DNA of 64,000 nucleotides, from the IMG/VR virus record IMGVR_UViG_3300028840_004184, positions 106,411 to 170,410 of that record. The stretch is one strand, 5' to 3'. Under the pieces are notes generated by a model. It was not told the DNA's origin. It saw only the letters and a program-made list of their open reading frames with translations, and searched no databases. This stretch comes from a virus. The position numbers and the translations under genes were made by a program. Below, one piece after another: positions 28,230 to 38,831 of this stretch. Position 1 is the stretch's first letter; each line of letters opens with the position of its first letter.

Positions 28230-28522
28230 CTTCTTCTTAACCCAAAAATACTATGCTGGGACGACCTCTTGTTTCTTCTGATAGTGATGTTTCTGCGACT
28301 ATGTTTGCCATAACTAGCTCTCGAACGGGTCATCCTATTCATTTTGTACTTTAGAAAATATTCGCTTCTGCATCTTGAGTACCGTTTATGTATTAGGCTA
28401 CGATGCCCCTTACATACTACGACAACACGAACATTTGTCTGTCTGCTGCTACGACTTTGGGCCATTACTGGTACGGCTATTAGTGATAAAAATAAAATTA
28501 CGATAAATACTTTTAGTTTCAT
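28226..28522 (-). CDS. putative exported Arg-rich protein
   Basis: Signal-peptide-like N-terminus ending VMA-Q; very basic mature part. Confidence 0.55.
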   Translation of the reverse strand: MKLKVFIVILFLSLIAVPVMAQSRSSRQTNVRVVVVCKGHRSLIHKRYSRCRSEYFLKYKMNRMTRSRASYGKHSRRNITIRRNKRSSQHSIFGLRRR

Positions 28523-29892
28523 TATCTCGCTCCTCTGGGGAAGGCCACGAATCCTGCTTCATCAGCACCCATATCTACGGTCCCCTGATATATACGGGAC
28601 TCTTGATCAATATCTTTAGCCGCTATATAACTTGCATTATTATTACCGATATTAATAACTGGTGATGACCTAAGACCAATATGATAATCATCATTGTAAT
28701 AATGCATGAAAATAGGGTCTATATTTACATTTCCACTTCCCCATGTAAGGGTGCTTCCTGTTTGTACCGTACAAGATCCAGTTCCTCCATCAACATCCGT
28801 ATAGCTTATGGTTATAGAGGAGTGGAAGAAAAACCCATCACCAACAAGCATCTCGTCTGCTGCTGGGACCGCACATACATTACCCCATAAAATCCCGTTA
28901 ACTACTTCGGCGGCAATACCATAAAATGTCATACCTGCACCAAAACCTCCCCAAACAGCAGAACTGTAATTATCCGCGATTGTATTATTGACAAATACTG
29001 TGTCAGTTGTATAAGTCAGCGTGGGGCCATAAACCATTACACCGGCACCGAAGCCATAATAATCCAGCGTGTTTTTACAAATCATATTGTTTTGAAAAAC
29101 ATTAGTTGTATTTGGGAAAGCGAATAACGCGAGTCCACCACCCTCTATATGTGCCGTGTTCTCGAAGATGCGATTATCGCGGCATGTAATCTCCGAGCAT
29201 CCTTCGAAACATAACCCTCCTCCGCTGCCGTTCGCAAATGTGGTGAAACCGTAGACATAATTATCTTCGATCCAGTTACGGAGCACAACAGCTTTACTAC
29301 AATATTCTACACAAACCCCACCACCCTTAACATAACAAGTGTTATTATAGATGGTATTATTAATAATTTTAGCCGTCCCAGTGAATAGTACCTGCCAATC
29401 GTCTGCTGGGCCGACATAAATTCCTCCGCCAAAGCTATGATGCTGGTCCCCGGCTAAATTATTGCCGTGTATTACATTGTTACGGAGAATAGGGGACGAA
29501 TTTTTACAGTAGATACCGCCACCTACATATAGATAAACAACAGGTAAACCACCCATATTAAACTGAGTACCAGTCCCGTTAGTTATAGTGAAACCATCCA
29601 GGATAGACGTATTTGTTTCACCGTTATCAAACGTTACTACCGAGCCACTTTGGTTACCATCAATAATACAATTGTATGGACTACCGAGGTGTTCAACCTT
29701 GATAGCTTTACCAAGAAAATTAATATTTTCTGTGTAAGTACCATCAGATACACGAACAGTATCACCGTTTGATGCTGCGTTGATAGCTGCTTGGATTGTT
29801 GAATATCCGGATGGTACGTAAAGAATACTACCGCTGGCCGTGGAAAATAATCCTAATAATAGTCCGATGACTAAGATAATTACATTACGCAT
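28522..29892 (-). CDS. secreted right-handed parallel beta-helix (pectin lyase-like fold) protein
   Basis: Signal peptide; VPSGYSTIQAAINAA, GTYTENINF, repeated GGGIY/NN-I-N, C-terminal VDMGADE. Confidence 0.85.
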   Translation of the reverse strand: MRNVIILVIGLLLGLFSTASGSILYVPSGYSTIQAAINAASNGDTVRVSDGTYTENINFLGKAIKVEHLGSPYNCIIDGNQSGSVVTFDNGETNTSILDGFTITNGTGTQFNMGGLPVVYLYVGGGIYCKNSSPILRNNVIHGNNLAGDQHHSFGGGIYVGPADDWQVLFTGTAKIINNTIYNNTCYVKGGGVCVEYCSKAVVLRNWIEDNYVYGFTTFANGSGGGLCFEGCSEITCRDNRIFENTAHIEGGGLALFAFPNTTNVFQNNMICKNTLDYYGFGAGVMVYGPTLTYTTDTVFVNNTIADNYSSAVWGGFGAGMTFYGIAAEVVNGILWGNVCAVPAADEMLVGDGFFFHSSITISYTDVDGGTGSCTVQTGSTLTWGSGNVNIDPIFMHYYNDDYHIGLRSSPVINIGNNNASYIAAKDIDQESRIYQGTVDMGADEAGFVAFPRGAR

Positions 29893-30218
29893 AATTGTTT
29901 ACTCCTTTTAAAAAATTATTAGCCCCATCTGTAGCCACAGCTATTACAAGTGTGGCCATGTCCATCTAGTGTTCGGGTTACATTTGAACTATTGCATACG
30001 GGGCACCAGATGTTGTTTGACCAAAATTCTGCAATATCATTTGGATCGTCTGTTTGAAATTCAAATGGATTATCTATCATATCAATACCTTGCTGTAAAC
30101 ATTTTTTGCATAGTGTTATGTCAGTTAATCTGATTGATATCTTCAGACATTTGCCCATGAATAGGCAATTTGCACAATTACCACTTTCCTCTACTTCGAA
30201 CAAGTCAACCACTCCCCT

Positions 30219-30971
30219 TTAGGTCCATAATCTATTTCTCACTTTTATAAGCCTACACATCATTTCTTCTTCTTTTGCCACTAATTTATCTTCCATTATC
30301 TGAACCGCACGACATAAGTTACTAAATGTTTGGTTAGTGTCCGTCTTTCTGTGCCGTTGATAATATCCATCGGGCATTTTAACCATCTCATATGGGATGT
30401 GTTTTCCCATATCATCATATATATCATCTATCTCTTGTTGAAATTTTGGATAATCATCTTTCCACCAACGATATATTTTATGAATTTCAATAGCATCGTC
30501 CACTTGTGTTCTGAATATTCTTTTAGCTATTTCGTTTTCTTGTTTTTCTGCCTCGTTGCGTAATTCAGCTACTTTCCCATCAAGGATCATATGGACATCC
30601 CATGGTTCTTGGTATTCAACATAATGACATAAGATTTCCATCATTCCGTGTAACATGCGTTCATGGTCTTCATGCATTTTCCATTTACTTAATCTACGTA
30701 ATGGAATCATGAAGTGTTTATACTTAAACCTACATCTCAGGCGATAAGGGATATCACCTATCAGCCGAAAGATTCTCATGATTTTATTGATCATTTTTTC
30801 ACCCCTATTCATATGAGGGTTCGTGTATCGGTCCAGCAAACAATCCACCGAAGCCTTCGCTTCGTCCAATATCTTGACAGTGAAAAAATCTAATCTTGGG
30901 ACACTCCATAACAACAAAACAGGCGAGGGTGCCACGGCCATCCCTGATTTTCTTAACCCGGATAATCGCAT
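30219..30971 (-). CDS. conserved phage hypothetical protein
   Basis: ORF; ERMLHG...YRWWK...RNRLWT; true start probably at MINK. Confidence 0.6.
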   Translation of the reverse strand: MRLSGLRKSGMAVAPSPVLLLWSVPRLDFFTVKILDEAKASVDCLLDRYTNPHMNRGEKMINKIMRIFRLIGDIPYRLRCRFKYKHFMIPLRRLSKWKMHEDHERMLHGMMEILCHYVEYQEPWDVHMILDGKVAELRNEAEKQENEIAKRIFRTQVDDAIEIHKIYRWWKDDYPKFQQEIDDIYDDMGKHIPYEMVKMPDGYYQRHRKTDTNQTFSNLCRAVQIMEDKLVAKEEEMMCRLIKVRNRLWT

Positions 30972-31048
30972 AGTCCCTCGGGTTCATGTCAGTGTCCGTC
31001 CTGCGATAAAAGTACAGTCCGGGCCTCTTAGGAAGATCTTTGGTCCAT

Positions 31049-31816
31049 TTATACATCGTTTTCACCTATAGCTACTTTTTCCAACAATTCTTCGGCAAAT
31101 ATCATGAATGTATTGAAGTCATACGCTTCTTCGGAACGCTGTTTTAGCTCTTCAACTACCACAGTCAAATAGCTGATATCTATGCCTCTCAATTGATTGG
31201 CTAAGGCGTCAAAATTGTACAGCGGTAGACTATGTACCTTAAGAGCCATCTTGACTATTTCCATTGCCGAAATTCTGTACCCACGCTCGATATACTTCCT
31301 AACGCGGAACAGTGAGGCGATAGGGAATTCAGACTTAGTGTTATAAACCAACCTCTTTGACGCCAAATGATGCATGAAATCTTTATGAAACCAAAACTGA
31401 TCCTGTTTGATGCCATACATAGCCATGCAAACCGTGAAATCGAAATTATCAAATACGTGAGACGAAAAACACGCCTCTGCCAGGTCGGGTTTTAAGAAGC
31501 GGTCCATAATGATGACTTGTAGAACGCACTTGTCCCATTTGTACGTAACTGCTGTATCCGTATGGGTTAATTCTACTACCCTTTCATGGTCCTTACCCTT
31601 GGTTAAGATATAAAGCTGAACATCTTTCAGAAATTGGTCCCGATGTTCTCGTAGCTGAAAATATACGTCCAGATCTTTAATCCGGCTACGGCTAAAAGCG
31701 GCGGTTATAGCACCGCCAGCGATGCACGCACAGTTTTTGCTTAAGAGCCTCCATAGCTCATCAGGGACATATTGTCTAATAATATATTTTTCTCTTTGAT
31801 ATTCCATTATTCGCAT
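31049..31816 (-). CDS. phage nucleotidyltransferase-fold protein
   Basis: IAGGAI...KDLDVYF (GG-DxD), FDFTVC, RVRKYIERGY. Confidence 0.7.
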   Translation of the reverse strand: MRIMEYQREKYIIRQYVPDELWRLLSKNCACIAGGAITAAFSRSRIKDLDVYFQLREHRDQFLKDVQLYILTKGKDHERVVELTHTDTAVTYKWDKCVLQVIIMDRFLKPDLAEACFSSHVFDNFDFTVCMAMYGIKQDQFWFHKDFMHHLASKRLVYNTKSEFPIASLFRVRKYIERGYRISAMEIVKMALKVHSLPLYNFDALANQLRGIDISYLTVVVEELKQRSEEAYDFNTFMIFAEELLEKVAIGENDV

Positions 31817-32268
31817 TCCACTGTATCTACGCCCTGCTCATTAGTATATGGTTGCCCGGTGGCTTTAAATTCTTGTTTGCTGCCATTAAATACAGGTTTT
31901 CCGTTATATTCGAACATACGAAAAGTATCTCCAGTCTGTAACTGAAGCATCGAGTCGAGCCGTTCCCATGTGTCGTCAGGTCGTTTTCTTTCGATTATTC
32001 GAGTATTTTTACTTGGATCGGACTGGACGCCGTCTTCTGTTAAAATTTCGACTTCTGCCTGCGGCAGGTTGTCCTTAATAGCCTTTGTGACGATCTCCAT
32101 GACTTTTTCTTCAAAAGCCTCGGGTTCCATATTTATATCAAGGCCATATGGACCAACGAGGTTAGTAGCTCGCTCAGAGAGATCTGGCGGCAAAGGTACA
32201 CCATGTTTGCTCGTATAATGGAATAAGCCACGTATAATTTTGATTGCTTCAGCTAATGATACATCCAT
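31807..32268 (-). CDS. hypothetical protein
   Basis: ORF in operon. Confidence 0.55.
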   Translation of the reverse strand: MDVSLAEAIKIIRGLFHYTSKHGVPLPPDLSERATNLVGPYGLDINMEPEAFEEKVMEIVTKAIKDNLPQAEVEILTEDGVQSDPSKNTRIIERKRPDDTWERLDSMLQLQTGDTFRMFEYNGKPVFNGSKQEFKATGQPYTNEQGVDTVECE

Positions 32269-32270
32269 GT

Positions 32271-32870
32271 CTATTTCTCCAATTCAAACGTTTCTTGAAT
32301 AGAACATCCGCGTCTTAATCGTCCATACACTGTTTGACGATTTAAGCCAAATATATCGCACCATTCTGTGATACATTTTGTTTGGTTATTAATTGTAATC
32401 ATTCTATTTCTACGATAATTAGTGTTTTGTTGTTGTCGTGTAGCCCATCTACAATTTTCTTTACAATAATCTCCATTGTTATCGATTCGGTCGAGAGTTA
32501 AACCGTCTGGTTTTTCTCCCATATCTTTAAGAAAGTTTTCAAATTTTAGCCATGCTTTGCAGATACAGATGCCGCGACCACCATAGTTTTTATATGATTT
32601 ATGATTAGAATTTGTACAACGCTGAATCATTTCTTTCCATATATTATGTATATCTGTGTTGGTATAGCCATGTTTATAGATATTTTCTTTATTTAGACAT
32701 CCGCAACTTTTTGTGTGGCCACTTTTAAGATTATCACTTTGTACGGTCGTATAATTACCGCATTTACATCTACATAGCCACATTGCGTGTTTTTTAGTAT
32801 TATTATTAATACGCTTTATAACTGTTAGTCGATAAAATGTTTTATCAATTAAATCTACTATTCTGGGCAT
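32271..32870 (-). CDS. HNH homing endonuclease
   Basis: WLCRCKCG, TKSCGC, YGGRGI, TLDRIDNNGDY...NCRWAT. Confidence 0.9.
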   Translation of the reverse strand: MPRIVDLIDKTFYRLTVIKRINNNTKKHAMWLCRCKCGNYTTVQSDNLKSGHTKSCGCLNKENIYKHGYTNTDIHNIWKEMIQRCTNSNHKSYKNYGGRGICICKAWLKFENFLKDMGEKPDGLTLDRIDNNGDYCKENCRWATRQQQNTNYRRNRMITINNQTKCITEWCDIFGLNRQTVYGRLRRGCSIQETFELEK

Positions 32871-32879
32871 ATATTTTAC

Positions 32880-33242
32880 CTATCTATTATCCCCATCACC
32901 ATGTAATTGGTTTCGTTTCATCCTACTCATTAGTTTCGTTATGTTTGTTTCTGCGACATCACTTAATTTTATATCAAAGTGAGCAGATAGTCTACTATGA
33001 TACCATAGAATATCACCAAGTTCTTTTTTGACCGATTCTTTAAATTCAGGAGTTACTTTTCCTTGATTGTCTCGAAATAGTTTCTTGATTTTTTCAAGAA
33101 GTTCTCCTGTTTCTCCACCAAGGCCGAGAACATAATATAACCATCCGACAGGCTTTAATGAGTCTTGTGCTGCTGTTCCGAGATCTGTCAGAGCAGCTTT
33201 TTCTTGATATTCATTGAATCCCATGTCTTCCATAATATACAA
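32880..33242 (-). CDS. mazG: MazG-like nucleotide pyrophosphohydrolase
   Basis: LGLGGETGELLEKIKK, KELGDILWY, GDGDNR. Confidence 0.9.
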   Translation of the reverse strand: MYIMEDMGFNEYQEKAALTDLGTAAQDSLKPVGWLYYVLGLGGETGELLEKIKKLFRDNQGKVTPEFKESVKKELGDILWYHSRLSAHFDIKLSDVAETNITKLMSRMKRNQLHGDGDNR

Positions 33243-33289
33243 CTCTCCTTTTGTACGATGAATTTGTTGTACGATAATTTTATCGTATA

Positions 33290-34084
33290 TTAACTCCTGA
33301 TGATTTGTTTGTGGATTCTGTTCGGCGAAGATATAATCCCCTGAATGAGATTATCATGTAGATCACCGACAGGTAATGTATCATCAATACGAATTCTTCT
33401 ACGAAGCACTTCTACCTTTTCTTGAGTCTTGGGATTAAAACCTTCCTTGGGTTTTAGCATCCAGTAGGCCCCGGTGCCGTTTCTTTTCCAGCTTTCAAGT
33501 TCGTCGAAATTGACGTTATTTCGTAGAAGCATATTTTTCTTCTCTGCAACACCTGTACCATTCATCCATGATGCCGCTTTTCTGCGTGACATATTTTCAA
33601 GGCTTACAAGAGTCCAGAATGCAGCAGAGTTCAACGCATTTCTTTGGGCATCCGCCATACGCCATCTGAAATAATCTTTCACGTCTGCGACGTGAGGTAA
33701 TAGTACAATTCGGCAATCGAATACGAGCGGAGAGCCAGCTATCATTGTCATATGAGCACTTGCTTCTCCGGCAAGGACAGAGATCCATTTACGAATTTTG
33801 CGGTCGAATGAATCGTCATACGGATCGATCAACAATGAAATCTCATCGCTTTGTGTATACCCGTACAAAATATTGAATCCACGATTGTTCATCAGATATC
33901 CCAACGTAGTTGTCATAGCTACGTGAAAATTGTCATCAAACGGTTTAGTATAACCAGATTTTTCAAGCAGCTTGGTGAAACCACGACCATCCAACCTCGC
34001 GATAGCATACGTACCTGGTATAACTGATGGATCATCCGCCTTTTCAAAAGCACGCATTCTTGCGTCGAATTCTTTGAACTTCAT
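33290..34084 (-). CDS. Thg1-like 3'-5' polymerase (tRNA-His guanylyltransferase family)
   Basis: ARLDGRGFTK, YTQSDEISLL, FDCR, YFRWRMADAQRN. Confidence 0.92.
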   Translation of the reverse strand: MKFKEFDARMRAFEKADDPSVIPGTYAIARLDGRGFTKLLEKSGYTKPFDDNFHVAMTTTLGYLMNNRGFNILYGYTQSDEISLLIDPYDDSFDRKIRKWISVLAGEASAHMTMIAGSPLVFDCRIVLLPHVADVKDYFRWRMADAQRNALNSAAFWTLVSLENMSRRKAASWMNGTGVAEKKNMLLRNNVNFDELESWKRNGTGAYWMLKPKEGFNPKTQEKVEVLRRRIRIDDTLPVGDLHDNLIQGIISSPNRIHKQIIRS

Positions 34085-34099
34085 TTCATCTTCCTTTTT

Positions 34100-34705
34100 T
34101 TAATGCATATAAGGTTCTTTAAATACCTTTTCGTACATTTCCATAGCGTAAATATTTCCAAGCTTCATAGCTAAGAAACAAAAGATGCTACGCTTAAAAA
34201 GCGTCACCGCCTCGTCTACATAATTCAATCCCATTTGATTGGCAAGGACATGAGTGCAACGCATATAATGTTTTTCCCAACCTATTTGATCAGCAAAAGC
34301 TTTTTCGTTGTCGTAGAATACTTGTGACACTTTGCGAAGCTCAGCATAACGCTTATAGCCAAACTTGCGTTCGGCAGGCGACATACCATACCAGTCCGCG
34401 AAGAAACCGTCCGCAGGCGTTTTTTCTCTATAGTCATATATGCCATGGCTTGCCAGTATATCTACGACTACATTGATAAACCAGTCATCATTTGCTATCC
34501 ATGTTATTTCAACATATGGCTCAAAAAACCACCATATGTGCTTAATGCCCCATCTTGGATCTTCAGAAGCATCCATGATATCTTTTATAATGGGGTAATA
34601 CTTCCTACAGTCCCGAAATCCATCGGGGTAATCGATGTCTTCTCCTCCAAATTCGACGCGATAATTATTGCATACATCTTTGTCTTCTTTGGAATCCCAT
34701 GTCAT
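34100..34705 (-). CDS. hypothetical protein
   Basis: 201-aa ORF. Confidence 0.6.
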   Translation of the reverse strand: MTWDSKEDKDVCNNYRVEFGGEDIDYPDGFRDCRKYYPIIKDIMDASEDPRWGIKHIWWFFEPYVEITWIANDDWFINVVVDILASHGIYDYREKTPADGFFADWYGMSPAERKFGYKRYAELRKVSQVFYDNEKAFADQIGWEKHYMRCTHVLANQMGLNYVDEAVTLFKRSIFCFLAMKLGNIYAMEMYEKVFKEPYMH

Positions 34706-34707
34706 AG

Positions 34708-35013
34708 TTAGTGATCCTTACAATCTTTCTTTTTATTTTTCTTTTTGGGCTTTAATTCTTTAACGATTCTCTCAGCAGCCTGATCGGCCTCGAACTTACC
34801 TGCCTGTACTTCAAACGGGCTATAATCTTCGATAGTTATTTCTTCGCCACGAGACTTTTTTGCTTCACGCCACTGGCTATAACAAACGCCAGCCCTTTGC
34901 TTTTGCTTAGGGAATTCTTTTTTCATGGAATCATTTCCCATACAGCGAGATATAAATTTTTGTTTTGTTTCCTTTCCTTTTGGGCTAGGTATAGGCATTT
35001 TGTCTACCTCCAT
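34708..35013 (-). CDS. conserved small phage protein
   Basis: MPIPSP...FISRCM...QRAGVCYSQW motif. Confidence 0.65.
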   Translation of the reverse strand: MEVDKMPIPSPKGKETKQKFISRCMGNDSMKKEFPKQKQRAGVCYSQWREAKKSRGEEITIEDYSPFEVQAGKFEADQAAERIVKELKPKKKNKKKDCKDH

Positions 35014-35486
35014 CCTTCTGGGTCTATGAAAATTATTGGCTTATCTTTTTCTCTGGCATATTTAATTGTAGAACCTGTGCCGCTTTTCCAGTCACCACCA
35101 AACACCGCAACCAATATTTGACATTTATCCACCATAAACCTATCTCTAATATGCATTTTTTCTGGAGAATATCCGCCTTCAGAAACGTACACTGGTGTAA
35201 CTATTTTGTCACGTAAGATATCATGATATTTACTTTGTTGATAATGTGGCCACTTAGATTCTTGGCCCTTAAAAGGTATAGCTGCTATAAGACTTACTCT
35301 ATATTTGATGGCTTTTTCTGCCCACAATGTATCGCTGCCTAATGCCATACCACTAATCATTTCTGTTGGTTTAAGCAATAATATAATTTCTTCCATTTTC
35401 TGCAAAACGTAATTGCTATATGGTCCTCTGTGACCCCATTCGTTGCCAAGTCTATTCGGTCTATGTCCAGTTATCGCTACTCTCAT
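35004..35486 (-). CDS. YspA/SLOG (DUF1273-like) protein
   Basis: AITGHRP, ISGMALGSD, IPFKGQESKW, RDRFMVD, SGTGSTIKYA. Confidence 0.88.
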   Translation of the reverse strand: MRVAITGHRPNRLGNEWGHRGPYSNYVLQKMEEIILLLKPTEMISGMALGSDTLWAEKAIKYRVSLIAAIPFKGQESKWPHYQQSKYHDILRDKIVTPVYVSEGGYSPEKMHIRDRFMVDKCQILVAVFGGDWKSGTGSTIKYAREKDKPIIFIDPEGWR

Positions 35487-35869
35487 TATTTCTCTTTCTC
35501 CGGAGCCGGGGCCTGCATACTATTCAACCTCGCTGTTTCAAACTCTATGCATCTTGCAAGGATTTCCAGTGCATTTTGAGGATCGTCCCTGTGTAGAAGA
35601 AGACTGATGATTTGACCATATTGATATATATGTAAATCATACATTGCATGAATTGCTTCATCTCCTGTGACACCAGATTCTTCTATACCATCTCTTGCTC
35701 GCTGATCCCACCAGTCCACATAAGACTGTATCCCACCCATTAATGCTTTTATGGCAACAGAAAGACTAACATTAGATTCATTAATTATATTTTGAAACTT
35801 GGTAACTAGATTTCTAGCCTGCTCTATTTCTTCATCTGTTGCTTGTTGAAATAAATCATTAGTATTCAT
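35486..35869 (-). CDS. hypothetical protein
   Basis: ORF in operon. Confidence 0.55.
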   Translation of the reverse strand: MNTNDLFQQATDEEIEQARNLVTKFQNIINESNVSLSVAIKALMGGIQSYVDWWDQRARDGIEESGVTGDEAIHAMYDLHIYQYGQIISLLLHRDDPQNALEILARCIEFETARLNSMQAPAPEKEK

Positions 35870-35890
35870 ACCGTATCAGCCCAATAAGCT

Positions 35891-38200
35891 TCATCCTTTT
35901 AGTACTGCTAGTGTTCTTAATTTAACCACAGGTTCTACTAGATCTTTTTGTGCCTCCATAACTTCATCGATATTTTTATATGCCTGTGGTGCTTCACTTA
36001 AGTCATATCTTGTGCCAGGCAATGTAGCACTTCTTTTTATTCTTCCTCTGCTTCTTTTAAAGCCGTCCCATACAATACCATCCATTGCTGTATCACATTC
36101 CTCTTTACTGAATGTGGCTGATGCCTGGGTTCTACTCATAGTTCTCCCTGCTCCGTGAGAACATGATTTAAAAGACTGTTCGTTACCAAGTCCCTTAACA
36201 ATATAAGAAAAACTTCCCATTGCACCAGGAATTATACCAAATTGTCCTAGTTTGGCAGAAGTAGCACCTTTACGGTGAATCCAAAGATTTTTACCAAAGT
36301 GATTTTCTATGGTTGCATAGTTATGATGTATGTTTACTTCCATACCAAATTTAACATCGTTGAATATTTCAGCTATACTTGTTTTGACAACTTGCATCAT
36401 ACGCGTTCTGTTTTCCTCAGCATAAGCCAATGCAAAATTCATATCATAAATATAGTGAACACCCCAAACACTATCCGTCGGTAAAAAAGCTAAGTCGTTA
36501 CATGGTAAAACAGAATGCCATTGTTTGTTTAATTCTTTTGCAGTATCATTCCAGTGCTTAGCTATTTGATAACCTAGATTCCTCGACCCAGAATGCAACA
36601 TAATCCACACAAACCCATCATCACCTGCCTGTATTTCAATAAAATGATTACCACCACCCAGTGTGCCAAGGTTCCGTTTTGCTAATTCCCACATTTTTTC
36701 ATTATACCATCCGCCCATTATCGGTGGTGCTTCTGGGGTCTGGCTATAGCCATGCGATTTTTTGAATGTGTCCATACCTGTCCATTCTTGTGGATGAGCA
36801 TGAGCATGACCTTCTCCCATAGGAACACGCAATTTAATTTTATTAATAATTTCACGCAATTGTTGTTTTTTAATAGATGTTAATGTGGTTCTGACTGCAC
36901 ACATGCCGCAACCTATGTCTACTCCAACGGCATTTGGAATTACAGCATTGTGACAAGCGATCACACCACCTATAGGCATGCCGTATCCTTGATGACAGTT
37001 CCCGGTGACAAAAGTTAAACCATTTTGCCTTGCTATAAAAAAACCAGAATCACATGATAAACATACTACGTTATCACTATAGTCTATTTGGTTTTTAACC
37101 AATATGCTGTTATGAATACCATTGCCGGATTCTATGACATTATTTTTATCAATAGATGATAAATAATGCATCTTGATATTTTGATATCCTTCGCTTAATC
37201 TAGTATTGTCGTTAGCAATACCAGTATGTATAGCTATCAGTGATGATATAAAATTAACATCACTTGTTCTTTTCGAATTATATCTTTTAGCACCGGTTTT
37301 TTGATAGTTAAGCCAGTCACCGTCCACCTTTAATATTTCTTCTAATAATATTGTAGCTTGATTATCCGATAGGCTTGTGATAAAATCTACCGGATATTCT
37401 TTATTTACACCAATATACTCAATGATTTTTGCACTATATTTAGTGTGTATTTCTATAGATGTTTGTTGATTATCTATTCTTATGTTATATGTATAACCTA
37501 ATGATGTTAATAATTGTATTATCCTATTTATCTTACGTTCCTTTGTTAAACCAAACCTAATAATAATACTGCTGAAGGTTCCATCTGGTTTTTTATTATT
37601 TTTCTTTAGATTGCCATCACCCACAACCCAGGCGATTAGACATAATAGTTCATACTGTATATCAAGATAAGGCTTGTTTGTGTCTGTTTTACTTTTTTTA
37701 ATACCATTGCCACTCCATATATAATGTGATATAAATGTTTTGTCTGGTATATCTAATACTCTAGTATCATAGTGTTTGCCATTATATGGCTTATATGTCA
37801 TTCTATGATTTTCTGTAACAACAATATTCTTATCTAGAAACGTAGATATAAATTCAAATACTTTTTCGTCTTTTCTTAGCGGACGATTGATAATAGCTGT
37901 TGGGTGCATAAAATATATCTTACCATCATCTGGGTCATAGTTAGCTACCTTGTCGTCATATGACAATTCACTGATTAATTTAAAACCACAAGATGTTAAA
38001 ACTTCTGTATTATTAGATAAACAATCTGCCATTAATGCAACATGATTTCTAATCACCGGATGATGTGCTAAATTCTTAGCCTGCTCAAGTGCTCCATCTT
38101 CCAAATCTTTACACCATGACTTGATATTTATATTGCTATTTTTACCACCATCTATGAAACGCATTGATACTTTTTCCCATTGAAGCATCGGTGCGGCCAT
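35891..38200 (-). CDS. rtcB: RtcB RNA ligase containing an intein
   Basis: MAD|CHQGYGMPIGG, VGVDIGCGM, LGTLGGGNHFIE, HSGSR, HHNY, HRKGA, SHGAGR, EAPQAYK. Confidence 0.95.
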   Translation of the reverse strand: MAAPMLQWEKVSMRFIDGGKNSNINIKSWCKDLEDGALEQAKNLAHHPVIRNHVALMADCLSNNTEVLTSCGFKLISELSYDDKVANYDPDDGKIYFMHPTAIINRPLRKDEKVFEFISTFLDKNIVVTENHRMTYKPYNGKHYDTRVLDIPDKTFISHYIWSGNGIKKSKTDTNKPYLDIQYELLCLIAWVVGDGNLKKNNKKPDGTFSSIIIRFGLTKERKINRIIQLLTSLGYTYNIRIDNQQTSIEIHTKYSAKIIEYIGVNKEYPVDFITSLSDNQATILLEEILKVDGDWLNYQKTGAKRYNSKRTSDVNFISSLIAIHTGIANDNTRLSEGYQNIKMHYLSSIDKNNVIESGNGIHNSILVKNQIDYSDNVVCLSCDSGFFIARQNGLTFVTGNCHQGYGMPIGGVIACHNAVIPNAVGVDIGCGMCAVRTTLTSIKKQQLREIINKIKLRVPMGEGHAHAHPQEWTGMDTFKKSHGYSQTPEAPPIMGGWYNEKMWELAKRNLGTLGGGNHFIEIQAGDDGFVWIMLHSGSRNLGYQIAKHWNDTAKELNKQWHSVLPCNDLAFLPTDSVWGVHYIYDMNFALAYAEENRTRMMQVVKTSIAEIFNDVKFGMEVNIHHNYATIENHFGKNLWIHRKGATSAKLGQFGIIPGAMGSFSYIVKGLGNEQSFKSCSHGAGRTMSRTQASATFSKEECDTAMDGIVWDGFKRSRGRIKRSATLPGTRYDLSEAPQAYKNIDEVMEAQKDLVEPVVKLRTLAVLKG
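36998..38023 (-). mobile_element. intein (342 aa) with LAGLIDADG-type endonuclease
   Basis: Starts CLSNNTEVLT, ends FFIARQNGLTFVTGN before extein Cys; internal LIAWVVGDG and LLEEILKVDG blocks. Confidence 0.92.
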
Positions 38201-38224
38201 AACGACCGCACCGATTTAGTTATA

Positions 38225-38569
38225 CTACACTTCTCTTGAAGGAGCAGGCGGAGGTGGAGGAGGTGGATTGAATCCTGGTCCTGGTTGTCCGACAGGTACA
38301 ACTGGTGTCCCAGGAGGAGGTGAAAAGATAGCTCCTTTGTCCTGCATCTCCTTGACAAACCTCGCGTGTTCTTGCTGCTTGCTTTTCCCGTTGTCGGCAA
38401 TTCCCTGGCCGAGAATTTGTACACCAAACAAACCGGCGGTAGTCGGGATTAACATCATTAATGCTTCAGGCTTTGGAAAAAATACGCCGAAAAGCAAATA
38501 TTCAATGATAATTAGCCCCACACCGATAGCAGCCGACTGAAACTTTTTACTTCCAAACAAATCTGACAT
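38225..38569 (-). CDS. small two-TM membrane protein with Pro-rich tail (holin-like)
   Basis: SKKF..., two hydrophobic segments, ILGQGIADNGK, poly-Pro tail. Confidence 0.5.
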   Translation of the reverse strand: MSDLFGSKKFQSAAIGVGLIIIEYLLFGVFFPKPEALMMLIPTTAGLFGVQILGQGIADNGKSKQQEHARFVKEMQDKGAIFSPPPGTPVVPVGQPGPGFNPPPPPPPAPSREV

Positions 38570-38831
38570 CTTTCTTACTCTCCTTAACGAAAAAAATTAG
38601 TCGCCATTTCCATTTCTCGGATCACGCAACGGCACATAACGCACAGGTCTAGTAATTTCCCAGTATGCATCACAGGGACCGTCTTCTATCTGCCTTTTTT
38701 CCCAGACACGATAAACGTCATAGGCCGCCTTTTCCGAGGAAAACAACAGCGGTCCATTCATTGGGTCGAATATTACCCAGATCTCTCGCGGGATACGCAT
38801 GTCTTTTTGTGCTCTTTTTCCTTTCTTCATA

